Made by a program: the position numbers and the translations under genes. This document shows positions 1 to 10,413 of a stretch of DNA of 64,000 bases, piece by piece; the first letter of the stretch is position 1; every line of letters begins with the position of its first letter. Origin of the DNA: Candidatus Eiseniibacteriota bacterium (GTDB taxonomy: Bacteria > Eisenbacteria > RBG-16-71-46); assembly GCA_963776245.1 (NCBI GenBank), contig CAVZLN010000003.1, forward strand, positions 352,001-416,000, read 5' to 3'. Under the pieces are notes generated by a model, which did not search any database, had not been told where the DNA came from, and was given only the letters and a program-made list of their open reading frames with translations.

Positions 1-25
1 CGATCCCGGTCGTGTTCCTCCTGCC

Positions 26-1633
26 ATGACCATGCTCCTGCTCACCGCGGAGGAGATGCGCCGGCTCGACCGGCTCACCATCGAGGGCGGGCACGCGTCC
101 GGCGTCACGCTCATGGAGCGCGCCGGCGCCGGCGTGGTGGCCGCGATGGAGCGCCGGTACGGCCCGCTGCTCGGGTACCGGGTCCTGGTGATGTGCGGCA
201 CCGGCAACAATGGCGGCGACGGGTTCGTGGCCGCGCGCCGGCTGCGCGCGCGCGGCGCCGAGCCGCAGGTCGTGGTGCTGGGCGACATCGCCCGGGTCAC
301 CGGCGACGCGCGGCACCATCTCGAAGCGCTGCGCGCGGCGGGCGTCGAGCCGGCGGTGGCCGGGGACGAGGCCGCGCTCGCGCGGGTCGCCGCGCCGCGC
401 GACCGCTGGGACCACGCGGTGGACGCGCTGCTCGGCACCGGCGCCCGCGGTGCCCCGGAGGGGCCGGCGGCCGCGGGCGTGGAGATGCTGCGCGCGCTCG
501 ACGACGCGGGCACGCCGGTGGTGTCGGTGGACCTGCCCACCGGGCTCGACGCCGACACCGGCGCGATCGCGCGCCGTACCGTGCGCGCCGACCTCACCGT
601 GACCTTCGGCCATCCCAAGCGCGGTCACCTGCTGTGGCCCGGGCGCGCGTTCTGCGGCGTGCTCGAGGTGGTGGACATCGGGCTCCATCCGCCGCCGGAC
701 GATCCGGTGGCGTGGCGCGTGGAACTGGCGACCGAGACGGCGATGGCGCGCCTGGTCCCGACGCGCGACCCGCGGGCCCACAAGGGCTCGGTCGGCCGCG
801 TGCTGGTGATCGGCGGTTCGCCGGGGCTCACCGGTGCGGTGGTGCTCGCGGCGCGCGCGGCGACGCGCGCGGGGGCGGGCTACGTGCAGGTGGCGGTGCC
901 AGCGTCGATGCACGACCTGTTCGAGACCCAGCTCGTCGAGGAGATGACGCTTCCGATGCCGGAGACCCCGGCGCGCACGCTGTCGAAGTCCGCGCTCATC
1001 CCGGTGCGCGCGGCACTGGCGCGCGTGGACGCCGCGGTGCTGGGCTCGGGGCTGGGACGCGAGGACGGCGCCGCCGCGCTCGCCGGCCTGCTGGCCGCGC
1101 AACCGGGGCCCGCGCTGGTGATCGACGCCGACGCGCTGCACGCGCTCGCCGCGGCCGCGCTGGTGACCACACCGGCTCACGCGGCGCCGCGCGTGCTCAC
1201 GCCGCACCTCGGTGAGATGCAGCGCCTGACCGGCGTGGACGCCGCGACCCTCGAGGCCTCGCGCATCGACGCCGCGCGCGAATGGGCGGCGGCGTGGGGC
1301 TCGGTCGTGGTGTTGAAGGGCGCGCCCACGGTGACCGCGGCGCCGGATGGACGTGCGACGGTGAATCCCACCGGCAATCCCGGGATGGCGACCGCGGGCG
1401 CGGGGGACGTGCTCGCGGGCGCGATCGCGGCGCTGCTGGCGCAGGGGCTCGCGCCCTACGACGCGGCGCGGCTCGGGGCGTACGCGCACGGGCGGGCGGG
1501 CGACCACGTGGCGCTCACCCAGGGCGAGCACGGGATGAGCGCGGGCGACCTGGTCGCGGCGCTGCCGGGGGCGCTGCTCGCGCTCACCCGTCGGCGGGAC
1601 GACGCTCCGCGCGGGAACGCCGCCGGGCGCTGA
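26..1633 (+). CDS. nnr: Bifunctional NAD(P)H-hydrate epimerase/dehydratase (YjeF/Nnr)
   Basis: N-terminal LMERAG and GNNGGDG motifs; C-terminal HKG..GRVLVIGGS, VIDADAL, TPHLGEM and MATAGAGDVLAG motifs. Confidence 0.95.
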   Translation: MTMLLLTAEEMRRLDRLTIEGGHASGVTLMERAGAGVVAAMERRYGPLLGYRVLVMCGTGNNGGDGFVAARRLRARGAEPQVVVLGDIARVTGDARHHLEALRAAGVEPAVAGDEAALARVAAPRDRWDHAVDALLGTGARGAPEGPAAAGVEMLRALDDAGTPVVSVDLPTGLDADTGAIARRTVRADLTVTFGHPKRGHLLWPGRAFCGVLEVVDIGLHPPPDDPVAWRVELATETAMARLVPTRDPRAHKGSVGRVLVIGGSPGLTGAVVLAARAATRAGAGYVQVAVPASMHDLFETQLVEEMTLPMPETPARTLSKSALIPVRAALARVDAAVLGSGLGREDGAAALAGLLAAQPGPALVIDADALHALAAAALVTTPAHAAPRVLTPHLGEMQRLTGVDAATLEASRIDAAREWAAAWGSVVVLKGAPTVTAAPDGRATVNPTGNPGMATAGAGDVLAGAIAALLAQGLAPYDAARLGAYAHGRAGDHVALTQGEHGMSAGDLVAALPGALLALTRRRDDAPRGNAAGR

Positions 1634-1679
1634 TGCCGCGGGTCCCGGGGCCGGCGCCGCGCCGGCGCGCGCCTCTCCT

Positions 1680-2003
1680 CTACAGGTGGGGCTTCAGCCG
1701 GCCGAGGAGCGCGGCCTTGGGCATCGCACCCACCAGGCGCTCGACGGGCTGTCCGTCCTTGAACAGCAGCAGCGTCGGGATGCTCAGCACCTGATAGCGC
1801 TGCGCGGTGTCCCCGCTCTCATCGGTGTCGAGCTTGACCACCTTGAGACGGCCTGCGTATTCGCCGGCGATCTCGTCCACGACCGGCGCGATCGCACGGC
1901 ACGGACCGCACCATGCCGCCCAGAAATCGACCAGCACGGGCACCGGCGACTTCAGCACCTCGGCGTCGAAATTCAGGTCGGTCACGGCCGTTGCTTGCGA
2001 CAT
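1680..2003 (-). CDS. trxA: Thioredoxin
   Basis: WCGPC active site and SIPTLLLFKDG; ATG at 2003 preceded by GAGGAGG RBS (the longer ORF extension is spurious). Confidence 0.96.
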   Translation of the reverse strand: MSQATAVTDLNFDAEVLKSPVPVLVDFWAAWCGPCRAIAPVVDEIAGEYAGRLKVVKLDTDESGDTAQRYQVLSIPTLLLFKDGQPVERLVGAMPKAALLGRLKPHL

Positions 2004-2239
2004 GCGAGAACCTCCTCTTCGACACGATCGACGTCTCGAGAACGATCGCCCTTTCGGATGTCCGGCGGGACGGAACGATGCAGCGGGTTCCCGAGCGCGG
2101 TCAGGATAAGAAGGTGCTCCGGCAGCGTCAACCGCGCCGCTCGCCGCGCGGGCGCGTTCACCCGACGCCGCGCTTCCCGGGCACGTGCGCGATGGACTAG
2201 CATGCCTTGCCCGCTGCGTGCCGGGGACCCGGCCGGCGG

Positions 2240-3481
2240 ATGCGGAGGCTACCCTTGCGACGCGATCTCGATCGACTGATGCACGAACGCGGCCTCGCCG
2301 GCCTGGTGGTGCTCGCGCACGACCGCTACAGCCCGGCGATGCACTACACCACCGGACAACGGGTCTTCCACGGCATCTACTTCCGCGCCGCCGACGGCGG
2401 CGCGCATCTGATCCACGACCCGATGGAGCGCGATCAGGCGGCGCGCGTGGGCTGCGAGATCTCCGGCTATCCGCAGCACGGCTTCGTCGCACTGGCGGAG
2501 CAGGAGGGCGGGCAGGCGCGCGCGATCGGCCGGCTCATCGGCGAGACCTGCGCCTCGCTCGGCATGCGCGGCGCGGTGGCGATGTTCGGCGAGACCGGGC
2601 TCTCGACCGCGTGGCAGATCGTCGGCCGCGCGCTCGAGGTGAATCCCGAACTGAGACTCGACGCCACGCAGCCCGACGTGCTCTCGCTCGCGCGTGCCAC
2701 CAAGGACGATGACGAGATCGAGGCCATCCGCCGGGCATCGGTGGGCACCGTGAAGGCGATGCAGGCGGTGCGCGACCAGCTCGCTTCGCTGACGCGCGAC
2801 GGCGACGCGTTCCGCGCCCCCGGCATCACGGGGCCGGTGAAGCTCGGGGACCTGCGCCGCACCGTCCACCGCGTGTTCGCGGAGCACCGGCTCGCCGAGG
2901 ACGGCGAGAGCATCATCGCGCAGGGGCGGGATGCCGGCGTGCCGCACAATCGCGGCGATGACGATGCCCCGGTGCGGGCGGGCCAGTCGATCATCGTCGA
3001 CCTGTTCCCCGGCGAGGCCGGCGGCGGATACCACAGCGACATGACGCGCACCTTCTGCGTCGGCAAGGCGCCCGACCCGCTCCGGCGCATCCACGACGAG
3101 GTGCTCGGCGCGTACCACGCCGCGATGGCCGCCTACCGGGTCGGCGAGCGATGCCGCGCCTACCAGGACCTGGTCTGCGAGCGCTTCGAGAAGGCCGGTC
3201 ACGCGACGCGCCGCACCAACGACGCGGTGAGCGAGGGCTACGTGCACAACCTCGGCCACGGCATCGGCCTCTCGGTGCACGAGTCCCCGCTGCTCGGCGG
3301 CGCCGCCTCCAACCCCCAGATCGTCGAGGACCGCATGGCGATCACGGTCGAGCCGGGCCTCTACTACCCCTCGCGCGGCATGGGCGTGCGGATCGAGGAC
3401 CTGATCATCGCGCGCGCGGACGGGAAGCACGAGAACCTCACGCCGTTCCCGTACGACCTCGAGATCGAGCCGCGCGGGTGA
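2240..3481 (+). CDS. Xaa-Pro aminopeptidase family (M24) metallopeptidase
   Basis: GYHSDMTRTF, HNLGHGIGLSVHE, TVEPGLY and GVRIED motifs; start uncertain (ATG 2240 or TTG 2255). Confidence 0.9.
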   Translation: MRRLPLRRDLDRLMHERGLAGLVVLAHDRYSPAMHYTTGQRVFHGIYFRAADGGAHLIHDPMERDQAARVGCEISGYPQHGFVALAEQEGGQARAIGRLIGETCASLGMRGAVAMFGETGLSTAWQIVGRALEVNPELRLDATQPDVLSLARATKDDDEIEAIRRASVGTVKAMQAVRDQLASLTRDGDAFRAPGITGPVKLGDLRRTVHRVFAEHRLAEDGESIIAQGRDAGVPHNRGDDDAPVRAGQSIIVDLFPGEAGGGYHSDMTRTFCVGKAPDPLRRIHDEVLGAYHAAMAAYRVGERCRAYQDLVCERFEKAGHATRRTNDAVSEGYVHNLGHGIGLSVHESPLLGGAASNPQIVEDRMAITVEPGLYYPSRGMGVRIEDLIIARADGKHENLTPFPYDLEIEPRG

Positions 3482-4599
3482 GACGCTCGCATGAGGTCGT
3501 GAATCCCCCGCGCGCGGAGCGCGCCGTGCTCGTGGGCCACGCCTTCCGCGAGGGCGCCGGGCTGGCGCGCTCCATGGAGGAGCTCGCGCGCCTCGCCGAC
3601 ACCGCGGGCGCCAAGGTGAAGGGCACGCTGACGCAGAATCGCGGACGGTTCCACTCCGCGACCTTCATCGGCAAGGGCAAACTGGAGGAGCTCAAGGCCC
3701 TGGTGGCCGACACCGAGTCGGACGTCGCGATCTTCAACGATGACCTCGCGCCGCCCCAGGTGCGCAATCTCGAGAAGGCGCTCGGGGTGAAGGTGGTGGA
3801 CCGCTCCGAGATCATCCTCGACATCTTCGCCCGGCGCGCCCGCACCCGCGAGTCGCGCCTGCAAGTGGAACTGGCCCAGCTCGAGTACACGCTGCCGCGC
3901 CTCACTGGCATGTGGAAGCACCTCGAGCGCCAGGCCGGCGGCATCGGCACCCGCGGGCCGGGCGAGACCCAGCTCGAGACCGACCGCCGGCTGGTGCGCG
4001 AGCGCATCGCACGGCTGAAGCGCGCGCTCGAGGCGGTGGAGCGCGAGCGCGAGACCCAGCGCCGTTCGCGCCGCCGCGAGTTCCGCGCCGCGCTGGTGGG
4101 GTACACCAATGCGGGCAAGAGCACGCTCTTCAACCGCCTCACGCGCGCGCAGGTGTTCGTCGAGGACCGGCTGTTCGCCACCCTCGACGCGACCACCCGC
4201 CAGATGGTGAGCCCCGACCGCCGCCGCGTGCTGCTCACCGACACGGTGGGGTTCATCCGCAAGCTCCCGCACCATCTGGTCGCGTCATTCCACAGCACGC
4301 TGGTGGAGGCGATCGAGGCCGACCTGCTGCTGCACGTGGTGGATTGCTCCGATCCCGACATGCCGCGCCAGATGCAGGCGGTCGAGAAGGTGCTCGAGGA
4401 CATCCTCGAGTCCCCGCGCCCGACCACGCTGGTGTTCAACAAGGCGGACCTGCTCCACGACCCCGACTCCGAAGCCGGCCTGCGCGCCCGCTTCCCCGGC
4501 GCGTTCCTGGTCTCGGCGCGCACCGGGGACGGACTGGACGGATTGCGCGAAGCGCTCTGGACGCAGTCGGCCGGGCGCGAGGGCGCCCGGACGGGCTGA
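3478..4599 (+). CDS. hflX: Ribosome-splitting GTPase HflX
   Basis: GIGTRGPGETQLETDRR, GYTNAGKST, LFATLD, DTVGFI and NKAD motifs; GTGA overlap with the upstream stop. Confidence 0.95.
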   Translation: MRRSHEVVNPPRAERAVLVGHAFREGAGLARSMEELARLADTAGAKVKGTLTQNRGRFHSATFIGKGKLEELKALVADTESDVAIFNDDLAPPQVRNLEKALGVKVVDRSEIILDIFARRARTRESRLQVELAQLEYTLPRLTGMWKHLERQAGGIGTRGPGETQLETDRRLVRERIARLKRALEAVERERETQRRSRRREFRAALVGYTNAGKSTLFNRLTRAQVFVEDRLFATLDATTRQMVSPDRRRVLLTDTVGFIRKLPHHLVASFHSTLVEAIEADLLLHVVDCSDPDMPRQMQAVEKVLEDILESPRPTTLVFNKADLLHDPDSEAGLRARFPGAFLVSARTGDGLDGLREALWTQSAGREGARTG

Positions 4600-4664
4600 C
4601 CCGCGGCGGCTCCCGGCGGGCCGGTTTCGCGGCGGAGCGCGGACCGCGCTATGCTGCCCGGCCG

Positions 4665-5114
4665 ATGACCTCCACCGCCCATCTCCTCGAGTTCGCCCTC
4701 GATCTCGCCGTGCCTCGGGCACGGGTGTGGTCCGCGCTCACCGAGGCGCGGCACCTCGAGCGCTGGTTCTGCGACTTCGCCGAGAGCGAACCGCGACCCG
4801 GCGGGCGCCTGCTCATGGGTTGGACCCGCCCGTGTTCGTCACCCGAGCCCTATGAAGCGACCTGGGTGGCGTTCGACCCGCCGCACGCGTGCGCGCACGA
4901 GGGCGGGCACTCGGGCTATCCGGATGACTACGCCGGCCGGATCGAGATGGAGCTCGTCCCGCTCGGCGACGGCACCCGGCTGACCGTCCGGCACGCGTTC
5001 CCGCCGCGGCGCGAGTACGAACGCTTCGTGGAGACCTACCACCTGGCCTGGCCCAAGGCACTCGCGAGGCTCGAGCTCCACCTCGCCACGGAGGAGCCCG
5101 CACCCGCGCCATGA
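4665..5114 (+). CDS. SRPBCC/AHSA1-like domain protein
   Basis: RVWSALTE..HLERWF, GTRLTVRH and W...LARL pattern. Confidence 0.75.
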   Translation: MTSTAHLLEFALDLAVPRARVWSALTEARHLERWFCDFAESEPRPGGRLLMGWTRPCSSPEPYEATWVAFDPPHACAHEGGHSGYPDDYAGRIEMELVPLGDGTRLTVRHAFPPRREYERFVETYHLAWPKALARLELHLATEEPAPAP

Positions 5115-5959
5115 CCGACTCCACGCGCCTTCGCACCCTCCGCTTCGGGCACAGTCCCGATGCCGACGACGCCTACATGTTCTACGGGTTCCACACCGGG
5201 CTCGCGACCATCGCGGGATGCCGCGTGGAGCACGTGCTCGAGGACATCCAGAGCCTCAACCGCCGCGCGCTCGAGCGCGCCGACCTCGAGATCACCGCGG
5301 TCTCGGCGCATGCCTACGCCCACCTCGCCGATCGCTACGCCGTGCTGGCGTGCGGCGCGTCGATGGGCTTCGGCTACGGGCCGGTGGTGGTGGCGCGCCG
5401 GGCGTGCCCGCTCTCCGAGCTGCGGGGCAAACGCGTCGCGGTGCCGGGTGCCATGACCACGGCGGCGCTGCTGCTGCGCATCGAGTGCCCGGAGGCGGTG
5501 CCGGTGGACGTGATGTTCGACCGGATCCCGGAGGCGGTGCTGAGCGGCGACTTCGACGCGGGGGTCATCATCCACGAGAGCCAGCTCACCTACCGCGAGG
5601 AAGGCCTTGCCAAGGTGGTGGACTTCGGCGAGCTCTGGCAGGACCGCGATGGGCTGCCGGTGCCGCTCGGACTCGACGTGGTGCGCCGCGACCTCGGGCC
5701 CGAGCTGATGCAGGCGGTCTCCCGGGGCTTCCGCGCCTCGATCCAGGCCGCGCTCGACCACGAGGACGAGGCGCTGGCCTACGCGCTGCGCTTCGGGCGC
5801 GGGCTCGACACCGAACGGGGCGGACGGTTCGTGCACATGTACGTGAACGAACTCACCCTCGAGATGGGCGAGCCCGGGCGCCGCGCGCTCGAGCGGCTCT
5901 ATTCCCTCGCGGTCGGCTGCGGCGCCATCCCGGGGCCCCCGGCGCTCGAGGTGATCTGA
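5111..5959 (+). CDS. mqnD: 1,4-dihydroxy-6-naphthoate synthase (futalosine pathway)
   Basis: GHSPDADDAYMFY, DIQSLN, GVIIHE, PLG and MYVNE motifs. Confidence 0.92.
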   Translation: MTDSTRLRTLRFGHSPDADDAYMFYGFHTGLATIAGCRVEHVLEDIQSLNRRALERADLEITAVSAHAYAHLADRYAVLACGASMGFGYGPVVVARRACPLSELRGKRVAVPGAMTTAALLLRIECPEAVPVDVMFDRIPEAVLSGDFDAGVIIHESQLTYREEGLAKVVDFGELWQDRDGLPVPLGLDVVRRDLGPELMQAVSRGFRASIQAALDHEDEALAYALRFGRGLDTERGGRFVHMYVNELTLEMGEPGRRALERLYSLAVGCGAIPGPPALEVI

Positions 5960-6026
5960 TCCCGAGCGCGCGCGCGGAGCACCCCCGGAGCCGCGCGATC
6001 CGCGGACCGGCCGCCGGCCGGCGGCG

Positions 6027-6650
6027 TCACCCCGGGGCTTCCCGGAACCCCGCGAGGAAGGTCGCCGGCACGCCGTAGCGGCCTTCGAAGACGGTCTGCT
6101 CGAGCGGGCGGCGGGTCCGCGGTGCGCGCTCCTCGGAGCGCAGGGGCTCGTCGAGCGATTCCGGGTCGCCGGGCCAGCCGAGCGCGGTCACCGTCACCGG
6201 TTCGAGGTCGTCGGGCAGGCCGCACGCCTCGCGCACGCGCGCCGCGTCGAAGCCCCCCATGGGATGGAGCGCCACGCCGAGCGAGGTGGCCTGGACCGCG
6301 AGGGCGCCCCACGCCATGCCCGCGTCGTGCCACGCCCAGGCGTTCGGTCTGCCCTCGGAGCCGCGCACCTTGCGGGCCGCCGTCACCACCAGCACCGCGG
6401 CGTGCCGGGCCCACGACGGATTGCGCCCCGTGAGCGCACCCAGCACGCGCCCGAACCCGGCCCCGTCGTCGCGCCGTGCCACCACGAACCTCCACGGTTG
6501 CTCGTTGCCGCTCGACGCCGACCAGCGCGCGGCCTCGAACAGCGAGGCGAGCGTGGCGTCGTCCAGCGCGTCCGGACCGAAGGCCCGCGCGCTGAAGCGG
6601 CGCTCGATCAGATCGTGGATCGGGAAGCGGACATCCTGGGCCGGCCTCAT
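6027..6650 (-). CDS. Nitroreductase family protein
   Basis: RFSARAF, AARWSASSGNEQPWRF and HPMGGFD motifs; TGATG coupling to the upstream MarR gene. Confidence 0.9.
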   Translation of the reverse strand: MRPAQDVRFPIHDLIERRFSARAFGPDALDDATLASLFEAARWSASSGNEQPWRFVVARRDDGAGFGRVLGALTGRNPSWARHAAVLVVTAARKVRGSEGRPNAWAWHDAGMAWGALAVQATSLGVALHPMGGFDAARVREACGLPDDLEPVTVTALGWPGDPESLDEPLRSEERAPRTRRPLEQTVFEGRYGVPATFLAGFREAPG

Positions 6651-7111
6651 CACTCCTCCTCGAGCAGGGTCTCGCACAACCGGCCGAGCGCACGCGCCTC
6701 GCGCGCCGTCAGCCGGCGTCCGATCGCGCGCATCGCCGCGGCCATCGCGGGCTGGATGCGCTCCAGCAGGTCGAGCCCCGGGCGCGTGATGCAGGTGATG
6801 GAATGCCGCCGGTCGGACTCCCCCCGCGTGCGCTCCACCAGCCCCTCGCGCTCGAGCCGGTCGATGAGCCGGGTCACGTCGGGCGCGCGCTCGACCAGCC
6901 GGGCGGTGATCTCACCCCGAGGATACCCCTCGGGGTGCCCGCGCAGGATGCGCAGCACGTTGTACTGACCGCGCGTGATGCCGTGCGCGGCACAGACGCG
7001 GTCGAACCGTCCGCGCAGCTCGGCGGCCGCCACCAGCAGGCCGAGCACCGCCTCGTGGGTGGGGTTCTCGAACCGATTCTGTCGCAGGCGGCGCCGCAGC
7101 GGCTCTCCCAT
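6650..7111 (-). CDS. MarR family transcriptional regulator
   Basis: QYNVLRILRG, DVTRLIDRLE..GLV.R and DRR..IT..G winged-helix signature. Confidence 0.9.
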   Translation of the reverse strand: MGEPLRRRLRQNRFENPTHEAVLGLLVAAAELRGRFDRVCAAHGITRGQYNVLRILRGHPEGYPRGEITARLVERAPDVTRLIDRLEREGLVERTRGESDRRHSITCITRPGLDLLERIQPAMAAAMRAIGRRLTAREARALGRLCETLLEEE

Positions 7112-7224
7112 GTCCCCTTGGATGCCGCGGCGAGGTGGATGTTGCCACACATGTTCTGCGGGCCGGCGGGTCCCGCCGGGGGGCGGGATGGACGCCGCCC
7201 GGCGGCGCCCGCTAAGGTGCAGCC

Positions 7225-8949
7225 ATGGATCACTCTCGCCTTTCGGCCGCGCGGGCGTCGATGGCCGCGGCGCTCGCACTGGCCGCGTGCGCCATGTGGC
7301 TGTTCCACGCCGACGCCTGGGACCTGGGCCGGCGCTCGCCGGTGCTGTCGTTCGACGCCGCCCAGTACGCGGTCGCCGCCCGCGAACTGGCTGAGAGCGG
7401 CCGTCTGGCGACCCCGTTCGCGCTGCCGATCGATGTCGTCCGCCACGCCCAGCCACCCTGGCCGCTGTCGCTGGTCCAGCCGGGACTGGTGGTGGCCGAG
7501 GCGGCCGTGTTCCGGCTGGTGCCGGAACACGCGAGCGCCGGATCGCGGCGGCTGTGGCGCGCGCACCGGCCCGACCAGCGCGAGTGGCTGGTGCTGATCA
7601 TCCCGTTCGTGTGCTTCGTCTCGCTGGCGCTCTCGCTCGGGCTGGCGACCGCGCACCTGCTGGCTCAGGGCGCCCCCGGGACCTCCGACACGGCACGCGC
7701 CGCCGCCGGCGCGGTGGTGGGGCTGGCCTTCGTGCTCGACCCCGAAGCGCAGCACTTCGCGGTCGGCGGATTCACCGAGCTCCCTTTCACCGTCGGGCTC
7801 ACCGCCGCGTTCGCCGGGCTGGCCCTCGGGCGTGCCGCGCGGTTCCCGATCATCTTCGGGCTCCTGCTCGGCGTCACCGGTCTGTTCCGCGGGGCCACGC
7901 TGTGGCTCGCGCCGGTCCTGGCGCTCGGCGCCGCCGCGAGCGCCGAACCGCGCGACCGCGGCCGCGTGCTCGGGCTCTCGCTCGGCGCGTGGGCGCTGGT
8001 GCTCGCGCCGTGGTGGATCTACAAGTGGAGCGTGTTCGGCGACGCCGGGTGGGACCTCTCGCGCTGGTCGCTGTGGGACGGCGTCGGGGGCCGCACGTGG
8101 TTCACGCTCTTCCATACCGCCGACCCTCCGGTGTTCCCGACCGGCGCCGAGGCGGTCCGGTTGCTGGGGCTCAAGCTCGTCCGCAACCTGCCGCGACTCA
8201 CGCTGATGCTCGCGAACGGGCTCGGGGCGTTCTGGATCGGCGCGCTCGCGATCGCGCTCGTCACCGTGCGACTGTCGCGCGCGGCGCGTGTCGCGGGCTG
8301 GACGGTGCTGGGCGTGATCACCGTGAGCCTGGGGGTGGCGGCGCTGAGCGTGCCCTTGTTGCGCTACCTGTTCCCCGCCCGCGTCGCCCTCGAGGCCGCC
8401 GGGTTGCTCGCGTCGTGGGCGCTCGTCGCGCGTTTCGTCGGGCCCGATCCGCATGCCCGGAGGGTCCGCCTGGGGATCGGGCTGGTCGCGGTACTCGCCC
8501 TCGCGTGGGGCGCGTGGCGCACCACGCAGGGGCTCGCGGAGGCCCGCGCGGTGGCAGCCGAGCGCGGCACGCCGAGCACCGAGACGCTGATGCAGATCAC
8601 CGTGCTCATGAACCGGGAGCTCTCGCGGGGCGAGCCGGTGATGAGCAACCTCGGTCCGGTGCTGGCCTGGACCGCGCGCCGCCCGGTGGTGCACCTGGCG
8701 CTCACCCCCGATGAGGTGGAGCCGCTGCGCCGCCATCTCGACGTGCGCCACGTGTTGCTGGTCTTCCGCGATCCGGCGCACGCCTGGCCCGGATGGGCGG
8801 AGATCGTGGAGCGCCCCGCGGAGGCCGAGCACCGGCCGGAGTGGAACGTGCGACGCATGCGACGCTGGCAGACCTCGGACGGCTTCTCGCTGACCTGGCT
8901 CGACCTCGGACCGCTCGCGCCCGGCCTCGCCAGCCGCGTCGCCCCCTGA
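7225..8949 (+). CDS. Multi-pass membrane protein, probably a GT-C/ArnT-like glycosyltransferase
   Basis: About 10 hydrophobic segments, first loop with D..QY...AR.L, TE.PF and PW..Y motifs, soluble C-terminal domain. Confidence 0.5.
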   Translation: MDHSRLSAARASMAAALALAACAMWLFHADAWDLGRRSPVLSFDAAQYAVAARELAESGRLATPFALPIDVVRHAQPPWPLSLVQPGLVVAEAAVFRLVPEHASAGSRRLWRAHRPDQREWLVLIIPFVCFVSLALSLGLATAHLLAQGAPGTSDTARAAAGAVVGLAFVLDPEAQHFAVGGFTELPFTVGLTAAFAGLALGRAARFPIIFGLLLGVTGLFRGATLWLAPVLALGAAASAEPRDRGRVLGLSLGAWALVLAPWWIYKWSVFGDAGWDLSRWSLWDGVGGRTWFTLFHTADPPVFPTGAEAVRLLGLKLVRNLPRLTLMLANGLGAFWIGALAIALVTVRLSRAARVAGWTVLGVITVSLGVAALSVPLLRYLFPARVALEAAGLLASWALVARFVGPDPHARRVRLGIGLVAVLALAWGAWRTTQGLAEARAVAAERGTPSTETLMQITVLMNRELSRGEPVMSNLGPVLAWTARRPVVHLALTPDEVEPLRRHLDVRHVLLVFRDPAHAWPGWAEIVERPAEAEHRPEWNVRRMRRWQTSDGFSLTWLDLGPLAPGLASRVAP

Positions 8950-8959
8950 GCCGCGCGGC

Positions 8960-10189
8960 TCAGCGCGGCGTGACGAGCGGCAGGCCGCCCGGCCGCGGGT
9001 CGTGGTGCTCCTCGCCCGCGAGCGCGGCCGGGTACTCCGCCGGCACCTCGCGCAGGCTCTCCACGAACAGCGGCACCTCGGCGGCGAGCTCCTTGATCGA
9101 CTCGGGGCCCTCGCCCACGCGCAGCACCTGGTAGTGGGTGTCGCGCTGGGCGGGGGTGAACCCGGACTCGCGGATGAGGGTCTCGATCTCGGCGATCGTG
9201 GTCCGGTTCAGATGCCCGGTGGCGAGATGGACGTTCTCCTCGAACAGCGTGCCGCCGAAGTCGTCGGCGCCGAAATGGAGCGCGATCTGGCCGGTCTTCT
9301 TGCCCTCGCTGAACCAGGTCGCCTGCACGTGGTCGAAGTTGTCGAGGTAGAGCCGGGACGCCGCCAGCACCCGCAGGTACATCGAGGCCCCGGCGATATG
9401 GGGCACTTTGGACTCCATCGGCGTGTTGCCGCGCTTGTACGACCAGGGCACGAAGGCGGTGAAGCCGCGGGTCTCGTCCTGGAGCGCGCGGATGTGATCG
9501 AAGTGCTCCACGATCTCGGCCGGCGTCTCGACGTGCCCGTACATCATGGTCGCGGTCGAGCGCATCCCGGCACGGTGCGCCTCGCGGTGGACGTCGAGCC
9601 AGGCCTCCGGTCCACCCTTCTTGACCGAGATGCGCTTGCGCACCCGCGCGGCGAGGATCTCGGCGCCGCCGCCCGGCAGCGAGGTCTGGCCCGCGGCGCG
9701 AAGCGCCTCGAGCACCCCGCGGACATCCCGTCCGGAGACCTGCGCCATCTGATGGATCTCGGGCGCCGAGAAGAAGTGCGGCGTGATGTGCGGATAGCGG
9801 GCGCGCGCCTCGCGCACGATGGCGGGATAGAACTCCCACGGGATCGACGGGTTGAGCCCGCCCTGCAGCAGCACCGTGGTGGCGCCGACCGCGTCGGCGT
9901 CGGCCATCATGCGCATCACGCCTTCGAGGTCGTACGTGTACGCGTCGGGAGCGTTCGACCCCGGCTTGCGATAGAACGCGCAGAAGTGACAGTCCACCGT
10001 GCAGACGTTGGTGTAGTTCGGATTGGTGTCGATGACGTAGGTGACGAGCCGCGGGTCCGTCCTGCGGGCACGGGCCACCTGCGCGAGGGCGCCCAGCTCG
10101 AGCAGCGGCGCGCGCGTGAGCAGGTACACGCCCTGCTCGGTGGTCAGCCGTTCACCACCGGCGACGCGGGATTCGATGGTCGACCACAA
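8960..10189 (-). CDS. mqnC: Cyclic dehypoxanthinyl futalosine synthase (radical SAM)
   Basis: NYTNVCTVDCHFC (CxxxCxxC), LLQGGLNP, PGGGAEIL, ATMMYGH and DFGGTLFEENV; TTG start after AAGGAG. Confidence 0.88.
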   Translation of the reverse strand: MWSTIESRVAGGERLTTEQGVYLLTRAPLLELGALAQVARARRTDPRLVTYVIDTNPNYTNVCTVDCHFCAFYRKPGSNAPDAYTYDLEGVMRMMADADAVGATTVLLQGGLNPSIPWEFYPAIVREARARYPHITPHFFSAPEIHQMAQVSGRDVRGVLEALRAAGQTSLPGGGAEILAARVRKRISVKKGGPEAWLDVHREAHRAGMRSTATMMYGHVETPAEIVEHFDHIRALQDETRGFTAFVPWSYKRGNTPMESKVPHIAGASMYLRVLAASRLYLDNFDHVQATWFSEGKKTGQIALHFGADDFGGTLFEENVHLATGHLNRTTIAEIETLIRESGFTPAQRDTHYQVLRVGEGPESIKELAAEVPLFVESLREVPAEYPAALAGEEHHDPRPGGLPLVTPR

Positions 10190-10413
10190 GGGGCGGACTC
10201 CTTCAGGACGGGACGGGAGAAGGCGCGCGGAAGCACGATCCGAGGCCGCGAGGATACCCCGCGGCGCGGTGGTCCGTCGAGATTCCGCGGGCACGAGCCG
10301 CCGGAGACCAGGTCGAGGTGGGCCAGGCCCGGAGGGGCGCGTGTGGGTATTAGCACCCCGGAGGGTCTGGCCCACCTCGACCTGGTCCCCGGCGCGCCGC
10401 GACGGCCGGGCCG

